A stretch of DNA of 64,000 nucleotides, from NCBI GenBank assembly GCA_012295275.1, contig CM022670.1, positions 620,001 through 684,000 on the forward strand, read 5' to 3'. The notes beneath the pieces are model-generated. The model had not been told where the DNA came from and ran no database searches. It saw only the letters and a program-made list of their open reading frames with translations. Made by a program: the position numbers and the translations under genes. This document shows, piece after piece, positions 43,292-56,387 of the stretch. Origin of the DNA: Chrysomallon squamiferum (lineage: Eukaryota; Animalia; Mollusca). Position 1 is the first letter of the stretch, and every line of letters begins with the position of its first letter.

Positions 43292-44557
43292 AAGAGAAAC
43301 GTACAGAGAATAGAAATGTACACAGGAAACGGATGACCGTGCGAATAACCGGAAGTACATATTCATATAAAACTCAGGGTTGACTCCATAACGCCTATAA
43401 TTAGCTGATTTCTGTAGCTATTACTGTGTCTCAGATTACAGTGCACATCATATATCAATACTCTTTGTCAGGCATCAAAGCAAAACATCTAAAATGTAGT
43501 CATTAACTGTAACACGTTTGTATGTCGCTAAGTGCAAATCTGTAACATCCATGTATAATAACAATTAGTTTAAATATCTGTTAATGATGTCAATAAAACA
43601 AACACAACGATAAAAAATAATCGCATCTCTTTCGTAGGAAATATGGCTCGGTATTAACGAGTGTTCCAAACACTTTTTTAAATTATTTTATTGGGCATTT
43701 GGAAGTAATTTCACATTTATGTCTAACCGAATCTCTCAGAATCTATTAATATGCAATAAAAAGGTTATAAGCAAATGAATATTAAAATAAATATTGTTAG
43801 TTCAGTTTTGATTTGAATAAAAACAGAAAGATCAGTAACAATTCTGATGGCTACAAATAGAAAGGTACATAACTAAATAAGTAAGCAAATAAATAAATAA
43901 ACAAACATATAAATGTATGATTAAATTATAAAATTAAGAAGAAATAAAATAAAATAAAATAAAATAAAATAAATATGTAACTAAATAAACAAATAAACAA
44001 AAAATAAAAAAAATAAATATACAAAAATAATAATAATAATTAAAATAAATAGATACATTAATAATCAAACAAACAAACAAATAAAAGGGTTAAAACACTT
44101 CACCATTAATACCTTGCTTTATCTTTGATTTGAAAAAAATCATTATGAAAAGTGTATACTGAATTATAGAACATTCAAGACATGTTCAAATATTTAACGC
44201 AACACAAAAACAAAGACAATGGTGTACTCAGCTTGAAATAGATGATTTAGATTCGCTCATCTTGTCATTTTTATTTATTTTTTATATTCAGTTGTTTATT
44301 TTTGTTTATTTGCTAGGCTGTTTTCTTTTGTAAAATGAAAAACAGTTGGTAAAAATACATGAAATGATTCAACGAGTAAAACAGCTTCAGCGATTGTAAT
44401 CCGTAGTTTTATTTTACGAATGGCAAAACTTGAATATCCGCTAAAACAAGCAGCAGCAGCAGAAGCAACAACAACAACAACAACAATTATATTAATAATT
44501 TTCTTTACTGCTACGATCACTTAATTTTTTTATTTTGATCTGTTTATCATTACAATG

Positions 44558-44619
<62 letters not shown>

Positions 44620-44838
44620 ATGTATTGAACCATTTATTCTGCTTCCGGGCTATTTTTGAAACTGGATACTTTTAGTTAGTTTTGTTTTAGATTTCACAAC
44701 GCCAGTTCAAATGAGTGTTGCTGAGTATGGCAGAGGTAGGAGAACTGGAACGTTAATTTGGGGCTGCCATGTCTACAGTCAATATTCCTACCCGCTTTGA
44801 ACCAGTCAGTTATTTATAATCCAAACAGCTGGCAATTG

Positions 44839-44870
<32 letters not shown>

Positions 44871-45236
44871 TATTTAGCATGGATTAAAATTAAATCGGAT
44901 TTCTTGCTACTTAATAATTAGGTATGAAGGTGCAAAGGGTGTTGAAACTAAATTATGTAGGCTGACATCAAACATGCTGTAAAATCAAAAGCTGGGATAG
45001 CCTCACCAGTGATTCTCTTTCGTTCCAGTACAGTTTCTTTATTTTATTTTATTTATTTATTTATTTACTTATTTTTGATATTTTAAGTTAAATTTATTCC
45101 AGTTATAAGATCTCATCCTGCCATTTCTCGTAAAAGGCTGCCCAAACCTGATTTAGTCTGCACCAGAAATCCTGACCACTTCCGGCCCCAAGTTTGCCGG
45201 GTAAATGGTTCTGTTATTATTATTATTATTATTATT

Positions 45237-45282
<46 letters not shown>

Positions 45283-45659
45283 TATTGTTTATTTATTTAT
45301 TTATATCGTTACCTCAACTGGAAATGATCTGCCAGCAATGCGATGTTCAGATCCTATGTGATCGGCATTGGCGAAGTGAAACTTGATTTCGGACACGGAG
45401 TAGTTGTAGGAAAGCGGACCTAAACTGAGGTTCATTCGTCGAAAGCCATCTGGCTGAAGTTTTAATGTTATGTCATGACCAGTATTTATCAAATAACCTT
45501 TGACCTGCAATAATAACAATAATAATAACAACATCAGTAATAACAATTAAAATAATAATAATAATAACAACATCAGTAATAACAATTAAAATAATAATAA
45601 CAACAACAACAACAATAACAGTAATAATAATATAATTATAATAATAATAATAATAATAA

Positions 45660-45690
<31 letters not shown>

Positions 45691-46365
45691 AAAAAGAAGA
45701 ATATGCATACATACATACATATATAATTATAATTCTTTATTTTTTTATTTTTTTTTTTTATTTATTATTATTACTATTTTTTTTTTATCTTTAGGAAGCG
45801 GTGTAAATAATACGCGGGCTGATTGAGAATCAAGATTCGTTCCATACATTATTCGAATGCTTCGTTTGACGTCTGCAGTTTATTATCACTATCAAGTTCC
45901 GATCAAACCTGCCAGTGGCTTTTGTTTTATCGTTTGATCTTTGTTTCGAAATCTCGTTGCGGGACCAGTCACGTTAGCGAAAACAGGAAGTGTGTAAAAC
46001 ATTAACATCGATTTTAGTGAGAGAGAAAAAAATGTTTTATGTTCATTTTTTCTCGCTTCACGAGTCGCCTGCTTTTGTCTCAAGAAAATAGACTTTCTTT
46101 GACAATTTTTATTAACAATTTTTTTTTTTATTTATGACTACGATTTTATTAAATATTTTCATTTTGTTTATTAATTTCGGGAAGATTCGGGGAAAGCAGA
46201 AGAAAAAGTTTTTTATATTTATATTTTTTTTTAATTATTATTATTTTATTTCATTACTCGATATACATACACACACATTTAGGGTAGTAGTAGTAATAGT
46301 AGTAGTAGTAGCAGTAGTATTATTATTAGTATTTGTTAGTTGGTATTTGTAGGGGTTTTTTGTTT

Positions 46366-46431
<66 letters not shown>

Positions 46432-48379
46432 GTTATTGTTATTTATTGTTATTATTATTTGATTCTTTCAATAAATGTTATTTCAAAAATGACTTGATGC
46501 CTAGTCGAAATCTACTGATATTCTCCCGGTGATAATTTTATATTTTGTAATCGATAATAACTTGAGAAAATTTTAAATTAAATTCGATGCATTCGTGCAA
46601 CGACATTCCTAAAATATTCAGATCTCATACACTACAATCCCTTGAAACACGAAACCAAAACATTGCAGCCATTTTAAAGTCCAGTGCAAATTTAAAATTT
46701 TACTTTATTTATCTGTCGATTCATAAAAAACGGTATGTTTTTAGTTATCATACAGAACACTGAACATCTTTAAAAAATAAACACTGTCTACCAAACTGAT
46801 AGTTAAGTAAGTTACTGTTCGCACAGACTGGGTTGGAATTATACCACAGAACAGACCGGAAGTGTCGGGACTGCCCTTATAATTGCCGTGCTGCGCCTCA
46901 AACTTTGGACAGTTTCCATGGCAATAAAATCCGGTCACTGCCCTAAATGATTCACCTCCGTTCCCTACCCACAAATCTCAACTCTACGAGGCAGTATCAT
47001 TTTGAACTTTCAGCGAGACAAAGAAAGAAATTGTCAAATAAGTATTAGGCTTTTACATTCAGACATGAAGCAGAAAATTATGTCAGATCTGTTCTTTAAA
47101 CGATAACTTCAGCATGGAAGTATTTTGTACAGTTTATTTTCACAGAACTTGTGGTGTTTAGAATCAGTCTTACTTTACATGCAGCGTCTTATGTAATTAT
47201 GTCTCTACCGAACGAGCGGTACCCTTTTTAAAACTGTCACAACTTTGAGCATCAGTATGCGACATCAGACGCGTTGATGAACACGTGCTGCTGTCGCCGT
47301 GGCAGGTGCTCGGGGCTATGTTCGATCGATGGCGAAGACATGTCGGTAAAACCAAAAACCGCCATCTTACTAGTCAGATCAGGAAATGTACATAGGTTTG
47401 AACGACAGTCGACATACAAAAACTCTAACTAACTCAGTGGAACAATTACAGAGTCCAAGAGAGAAAAAATATATAACTGAAGGGAGTCCTCGGCATACGT
47501 CGTCAACACGTACCACGGAAACACACGAATAACGAAAAGACGTATGAAGGAATTACCGTATATACTTGTGTACAAGGCGACCTTATGTATAAGTCGCAGT
47601 GTATTTTAAAACCAAAAATTGCGTCATTTTAGGTATTACTTGTGTATAAGTCGACTGTAGATTCCAGTCACCGTCACTATTTTTAGACCAGTGTGACAGT
47701 GCCATGAAGGCCTACATTGTACGCCTACTGTAACATAACTTGCACGAACATACCATAATAACGTAAATGCATGTATTGCACGAGCTATAGCCTAAATGTA
47801 TCATAAATAGTATGTCTTTAATGTAATAGGTCTAACATGGAGACCTAACTTACCGTTATATTTAGCCGTTCTATGATTTACAAAATTTGTCGGTAGTGGA
47901 TATTAATGACGACTGCAATATTATTTCACCAAATTCTTTACAATTAAACAAGTGAGTTTTTTTTATGAAATTAGGACCGATATTTAGTGCAATTTGGCAG
48001 AGAAGTCTGCATTCCTAGATCATTGCAAGACGCCGTAAGGCATAACGCCGTACTGACGGTTTTCTCGCTTTAAAATATATTTTTATGTCATTAAACGGAA
48101 GAATATTATGTTTTACATTCATATTTGGTTTTGTTATTTAATTTTTCAAAATTTTTTATACGATAAAATTATATTTTTGAAAAGCTGAAAGACCGCGATT
48201 ATTTTAGATGCATCCCGTAGCAAAATATAGTCAAAATGGCGACTCTTCAGCAACAGCTACAAAAGCATTACCTATGTATAAGTCGACCCCCAAAATATTA
48301 CCATATAGTCTCCCAAAAATTCGACTTATACAACAGCTATAAAACCACAGATACCTTCTAGATACATTTTTAAATAATT

Positions 48380-48410
<31 letters not shown>

Positions 48411-48668
48411 AGAAAGAAAAAGAAAAGATAAATAATTTACAAAAATAATAAAATAAAATAAAAATATGGTTATTATAATTTCGAAATTTTAATATTTGGC
48501 TATTCGTACTTTTTTTGTTTGTTTTCCTTTCCTTTAACAGATTCAAATTAAAACATTTTCAAAAAGTGTATCAGTTATGTTTTAACAGTATATATGATGA
48601 TGACTATCATCATCATCATCATCATATAATATTATTTTTATTGTTGTTGTTGCTGTTGTTACTATTAC

Positions 48669-48704
<36 letters not shown>

Positions 48705-49697
48705 ACATTTTCTTTCTTTTCAGACCGTTTTCTTCATATGGATTTTTGTATTATTATTACTTCTTTTTTTTAAATACTTCGTGATATTTCTCAAAATGGT
48801 GTAATAATCATAAAAAATTTCTAATAAAATTACTTCTTAAATGTCAGGGGTTTTTTGTGTCAGTTTTTCCATATCCTTTACTTTGTATTTCTTCTTCTTC
48901 TTCTTCTACTTTAAAAAAAAAAAGAAAGAAAGAAAGAAAAAAAAAGAAATCTACGTGAAGCTTTGCAAAGGGGATAACTTACGACTATATTCATGTTCTA
49001 AATAAAATAATTTATCGACTGACTATTGATTTTAGTTATGATTAATTTTGTTTTCTGTGAATGTTTTTCCAAATTTGATTAATTTTCTTTCTTTTTTTTT
49101 TTCTTTTTTTTGGGGTAACGATTGAATTTTTTATTACTTTTTTTTAACTATTGCCAATTCTGTAATTGCGACCATAAGTGGTCCAGTGGGTAGCGCGCTC
49201 GTTTCTACGATACTGGGTTATTTTCCTTCGAGAAAACTGATAAATGATCCCTAATTTCTAAAACAACGTTCCTTGAACACTACATTTCAGAAGCATGACT
49301 TAACATCCAGTACCTGATGACAGAAAATAATATACTTTAGTGATGTTAAAACAAGATTTAGTTTTTAATTTAAAAAAACTATATTAATGTAATGTTTACC
49401 GCTGCAAAATCAATTTGAAGATGTTTTAGGTTTGGATCGTACAGAAGTCTGGAAGGTTCTATGTTGATTGGTGACTGCTGCCGGCCATATTTGCACATCG
49501 TCCATTGTGGGTTAAACTCTCCCCAGTAGCTCGGACCTGTTTATCAAACAAAATATTTCATGAAACTAGATACAAATATTTACAAACCGTAACAGAAACT
49601 GCAGACTGATAACAATGTTTGTGACAATAAATTTATTTTCTGCTACTGCTATTAGAATTATTACTAGTACTACTACTAGTACTACTACTATTACTAT

Positions 49698-49744
<47 letters not shown>

Positions 49745-50091
49745 TTACTACATTTACTGCTACATAATTTAAACTGTTACAATTCTTGCTACTGCTACGA
49801 TAACCACTACTACAATTACAACTATTATTGCTACTACTGCTACAGCTGTTGTTACGACTTCTGCTACTACTACTACTGCGACTACTACTACAATTACTAC
49901 TACCATCAAAATCTGCTCTATCAGTTAAGGACTTACAGTTGACAATAGCTATATAAAATTATCATCCAAAGAGATTTATCAAAATTATACAACACATTGT
50001 TCAAAATATGATTAAAAACTCACTCACCTGAAATTCCTTCATAAGACCACCACAAAGACCAAGGCGAGGCATTTTCTAAAAAAAAAAAAAA

Positions 50092-50144
<53 letters not shown>

Positions 50145-53100
50145 CAGTATCCACATTAATAATGGTGAAATGAGAGTGAAACTAATAAAAGTTAAAAAAA
50201 AAAAAAAAAAATTAAAAAGTTTTTATGCCGAATGATTTTTCAATACAGGTTGAAATCCCTTATCTCAAAAGCTTCATAATCTAAAACGTTTTCCGAGCTG
50301 CGGAAGTAATAATATCCTACAGTTTTGGGCTTTTTTGTATGTACAAACCGTATTTTATGCACAAAATTATTAAAAATATTATTTAAAAAATACTGCAGGC
50401 TATCTGTGTAAGTGTATATGAAAAATAAATGGAATTCATATTTAGATGTAGATTCTGTTCTCATGCTATCTCCTTGTTTTCCAAAATCCGAAATATTCCG
50501 AAACACTTCTGATCCCAGGCATTTCATATAAAGTATTCTCAACCAGTTCTTCTGGTGTAATCAAAGGAAACCATTTATATTATTTCATTAGCAAAAAAGT
50601 ATCTCTTACAAGCACCTTCCCATAAAGTTATTACATATGATCCTTAATAGTTAATAATTAGATAATTCTAGTTGGAAATGGAAAAAATTCAATTGTCAAA
50701 TCTTGGGTTAGAGCTCTACTACCAGTACTACAACTACTGGAATTACAACAACTACACCTACCGCTACTACTATATAATACTAATAATAACAATAATAGTA
50801 ATGATAATAGTAACGATGATGTTGATACTAGTAATTTAAAATTTCAGTTTAAGATAAATAACGCAAACTGTCAAGTACCAAGACAGCACTTTCCCTGGAG
50901 ATTTCCCTATGTATTCAATCAGATTTTGAACTTCACACAAAGGAGTTTTCTTTTTTCTTCTTGAATACAAATCACGCTGATTTCTTTACAAATGACAGAT
51001 CCCGTTAACTTTATAAGACAAAAGCGATTACAAATAACAACAAAAAATTACTTAAGGGACACAAATGAAGAACAATCTAATGAAAATTTTACTTTTTTTT
51101 CCACATCTTTGAGTTTGTCTTGAAATTGTTTCAGACTGAAATGGGTTCCAAAGTAATTTAAATGTGTTTCAAGTGATTTAAACTCGACAGTAGATGTTTA
51201 CGTAATAAGGAGAGACAGACATGATAGATCGAGCATGACATTTTCTCTAAATGTAATAGATAAGAATTATAATAGATGACTGTAAAGAAGAAGATCAAAA
51301 ACTAGAACAAGAAATGTTAAAAACAAGATCAACGAACGTGTAAGAGGACGTAAAAGAGTAGATGGCGATAGCAGTGAGAATAAAGACGACGTTAATGACG
51401 GTGATGACAATGAAGAAGAAGAAAAATATTATCACAACCTAAACGTATACAAAACATAATTCACATAAATAAATAAATATTAAGATGGATCCTAATATTA
51501 ACACTGCTGCAGGAAGGCAAACCAGGCTTTTGGTTAAAGCTTCAAAAGATACATGTAGCATTTTCCAAATGGTCGTGTCGCTTACGGTTTTAACCATTAT
51601 TCATTGGCGCAATAATTACATCAACGGCACATGGCTATTAGGTTCTGGTATTGTATGAACATACTCATCGCTACAGCTATTGAGTCAAGGCTCTAACATA
51701 CTGACTGTAAGAGTACTAAGAAGAAATTTTTTGAAAACATTTCCATAGTCTCAAAAGGATATGTCAAAATCTTTGATAGACCTATGTGAGGTAATGTTGG
51801 AACGGGAAACGGTTAAAGAAATAGCCGAAGAGCGTACTAAGAAGAAGTGACAGTCCAGTGCAAGGCTTTGGTTTTAGACTCTGCTGTATCAAGTTCTCCG
51901 TCAGACGTGGAAACGTTTTCACGTAAAGAGATCTGCGCTTTGAGAGGATCTCGAAGTCTGCAGAGTTGTCACAGGAAGAACGTTTATTTCCTCGCTGCTT
52001 TCTCTGTGTGAGAGGTTATCGAACGAAAAGGCCAAGCTGCCCGTGCTCGAGCCGCGCTGATCGCTTGTTTTAATCACTCGAAGCCGCTGTGTGGAGAGTG
52101 GGACGCTCGTCTGACAAACGGACGCAATATAACTTGTTTGTGAACGCGCCACTAGTCCGTGTGCAAGGTAATGGATTTCGGCGCTTCAATTATCAATAAG
52201 CTTTACTGACATTTTTATTACGTTCCTGCTTTACAAATTGAGCTAATTTTGCAAACATTCATTCACAAGAATGTTGTTAATAGGAGTTACTCATCCACTT
52301 GGCTAATAGTGTCGTTACTAGCTGCTATTCAAAGTAGTACAAATTATTTTTTTCTCTCTCTTCCTCCTGCATGAACACAAAAGACATTCGTGAATAATTG
52401 AATGTTTCTAGAAAAAAAAAAGGTGAACTAACATTTTCTCAAGATTTTTTTTCACACTTAGAAACTTGTGTTTTTCTTAGAAACACAAAGTCCAGAGTAG
52501 AATGTCGACATAACCAGCGGGGACTAAGTGGTCAAAACAATCAAACTTAATCGTTAAAGCTAATCAGACAAACCTTTATGTCGTGAGTTCGTATCCTGAG
52601 TAGAACCTATCCAAAATTTAGTGGGGAAATGTAAAATATGTTCATCTGCTTTCCTTGTCAACAACTAAATCGGAGAAAGTTTAATAACACAAATTTAATA
52701 ATAATCTTAGATTTTCCATTCATGGAAATATTTGTTAACATTAATACATTTTTGTTTTATTTGTTCCTAGGTTTTAAATATATGGGTTATGTCTATGATA
52801 CTTGTGAAAGGAAACTTGTTTGAACTATGTCATAGTCTGCTGGCAGATAACAAGTATATATATTTCATTCTAATATTCCTAAACAGGAGAACATATTCCA
52901 CAGTCTTTGATAAACTGGTTTTGAATCAATGGTACCGGACACAAAGTCACCAGTCTCCTTACTAGCGTCTACCACACAGCCGCACACACTGATTTATTAC
53001 AAAACTAAGCGAAAAAGAAGAAGCAAGAAGAAGAAGGTTTAATTAAATTACTTCTCATATTAATTATTTATAAGATAATTCTTGTAGCAATAAATAACCA

Positions 53101-55790
53101 AACTTTGAGATAATATGTGACAAGGTACCTAGTAATCAATAACATTATTCAGATTCTGTTCTAATACGAATTGTAATATTAGTCGTAAATTAATGTAATA
53201 TATGTCTGTACGTAACAAATATTCCAATTATAAAACGGTGATAACGTTTAAGAAATATAATTTCCAAGATGAAATAAAAAGATTTCGACTGATAAAAAAT
53301 AATAACAATAACAGTCGAAACAAATTTTCTTATGTCGATCTTCCTCATCTCATTAATCTGCATACATTGTGTGTGTGTTTGTACATACATTCCTGTGTAT
53401 CTGTATATTTGTAATTCTAGCATAGCTGATTTAACACATTACAGTATTTACTGTCTGGAACTGAACTGTAACTTTAATTCTTACGGCAGGACTTTCGCCG
53501 CCATTTTGGCCGTTCCCTCGAAACGGTTCTCGTCGTTTCGCTTTTTGCTTGGCGTGATAAAATCAAAGTAAGAAATTGTAAGCATCATTTTTATTGATTT
53601 CGTTAGCGCCGTACAGTTGAAGTGCAGTGGCCAAAACTAAGCATTTATTTTGATTACTGTTGGACTCGTGTATCGACCAGCAGGCCGGATAAAGACGCGG
53701 ATTCACACATCTAGGAAAAGGTTCGCCAGTGAGACGATCTGCTGGAATAATCGCTCCCAATAACAATTTGTCATTTCAAAGTGTGCACGACCACGCTAAT
53801 CAACAGCCTTTAACCGCTCGTACATACACCCCGGCTTTCACCGCTAATATACACCTGAGGCCGATAATGTGTTGAAAGCAAAAACCAAAGCAGCTGATTG
53901 GTTTTGACGTATTGAGTTTACGACCTTTGTTTTTTTTTGTTCCGAGTTTTTCGAGCTGAAAAACACAATTTGAAAACTGCTCTTTGGGGATTTGATAAAT
54001 AACACGATGATGTATTTTCAATTTATCGCATAGTGAAAAAAAAAGTTTGATTCTCGCGTAAATAAATCAGTAACAAGCTACTAAAACAAACATTTGCAAT
54101 CAAGAACGTTGTTTGGAAAGAATGATGAGAGCATGTGCAGGACACTGTATGTAAGACAAACGAGACACTAACTCCGTAGTCCACTTGTTAGTATGTCTAT
54201 CACGCGACCGGCACTGGTCGTAAAATAGGTCTAAACGCTTTCGCCAATGGTCAGTGAATGAATCATTCGCGGCACTAGTGGACACGATATTGGTCAGCCG
54301 GTCGCTACACGACTTAGCGGCGAGACAGTAACAGACTCGCACATAAATGTCAAAGCTTTAGTCCACAAAGTTCTTAAAGTCTGCTGTAATCTTATAAGCA
54401 GATTTTTCAAAGCCAGACAAAACCATGTCTAGCAATAAGCTGATTTAAAGTATGTGATTTCCTCATATACTGCAAATCACTTCACAAATAATAAATAAAC
54501 AAACAAACAAACAAACAAAATAAAAATAAAAAAAAATAAAAAATAAACGTTCATTCGTATTACTACTACTGCTTTTTGACTGCTGCTACTACTACTACCA
54601 CTACTACAATCACCACTATCAGGGCCGGATTTCCCATATAGGCATTCTAGGCGAGTGCCTTGATTTATAAATAAATCATTATGTAAATGTAAAACCATGT
54701 TTTTGCTTTCAACTAGATCATAAGTCATAACTATTCATGTTATATAAACTAAGTGGGAAGGGTTAGGGGGACTTGAGCTTTGAGAAGGGGGCGGTAAAAT
54801 TTCTTTAGCCTATGGGCGGCAAGCACATTAAATCCAACCCTGACCCCTACTACTGTAATAAATAAATAAATATCGTAACAATTATCAGCTTAAATAAATA
54901 TCCGATATCATCGAGACCTGTATTACATAATACTGCACCATCCGCACAAAAGACAGTTTGTGATTATCTATTGTTTTTCAGCTCTGCTGATGTAATTATA
55001 AAACGTTATGTAAAAGCAGGGAGAATGTTATACAACCTGAAGCAAAACGTCTCAGTAACTCGAACAAAAGACATGGGCAATTACAATACTACTTTTATCT
55101 TTACTTTAAGCACGCAATCTTGGACCTAAATCAATTAATGTGAGCTTGATGCTTTAATATATTTGTTTTGTCGGACAGTTTAGTAAATGAGCAAGTTATT
55201 TTGAGTACACCGTTTTAATAACCAGTCAGTTAATTCCAATATTAGAGATTATTGAAACCTTATAAAGGTTAAAGTGTACCTTTCAGGCTGCTATGACATT
55301 TGAAAATGGAATTTTATTTCAACCAATCTTAAATCTACGATCTTAAGTACTGCGCCACCTAAACCGTATCGCTGACACAAATACCGAAAACAGCCTTTCC
55401 ATATCCGAAACCACAGCGCCACTGAAACCCGTATTAACACAAAATAACACAACCAAACTGCGGATTACTCTTTTGAAGGCTGCCATGCAAGTTCGGATGC
55501 ACTGAATTCTTTTCTCTTTTTTTTTTCTGTTCCTTTTGTTTATTTATTTGTTTATTTATTTATTTATTTTTTTTTTTTATTATTATTTCCACATACCTGG
55601 TTTATAAAAGAAATGTATGGTATATATGTATCTTGCTGTTTATGGGATGGTACAAACAACAATACTTGAAAGCAGCAGATTTTATCTCTTGAAGTTAAAG
55701 ATCTTGTGTTAGACAGCTAATTTAGCAACACATCAAAAAGTCGATAAAAAAAACCCACTGCAGTCCTTGTTTATTTATTTATTTTATTTA

Positions 55791-55836
<46 letters not shown>

Positions 55837-55972
55837 AATTTAGTTAGTTACTTACTTACTTATTTACTTATCTGCCTAAAGATCTTTGTTTTGGATTTTG
55901 TTATAAATTTGTTTGTTTTACTAATTTAATTAAATTCTCTGTATACAATTTTTTGATGTCGAAATATCTTTC

Positions 55973-56029
<57 letters not shown>

Positions 56030-56300
56030 CCTAAACCAGACTTATAAGAACAGAAACAATTATTGTTATTACTGCTGCTGTTCGTGTTCATTTATTTAAT
56101 TTCAATCCGTTTTAATTCTGAAAACAATTATATTCCTTATCAAAACAATGAATTAATTCGAAAATAATTAACTGATTATTAATGATCTTTAAATATTTAT
56201 ATTTTATTTACTGGCGGATAATTAGAAAACCAAATACTTAGACAGACATACATACAAACAGACCAACACATTATAGATAGATAAGCAGACAGACAGACAG

Positions 56301-56387
<87 letters not shown>

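Noticed and set aside
50028-50072. ATG-initiated frame MPRLGLCGGLMKEFQ as the CA10-like start
   Set aside because: It is the wrong frame. The conserved WWSYEG frame needs an upstream phase-1 exon, which 56403-56460 supplies.
52517-52610. Functional tRNA gene
   Set aside because: A- and B-box-like motifs are present, but there are no acceptor or anticodon stems. Treated as SINE-derived.
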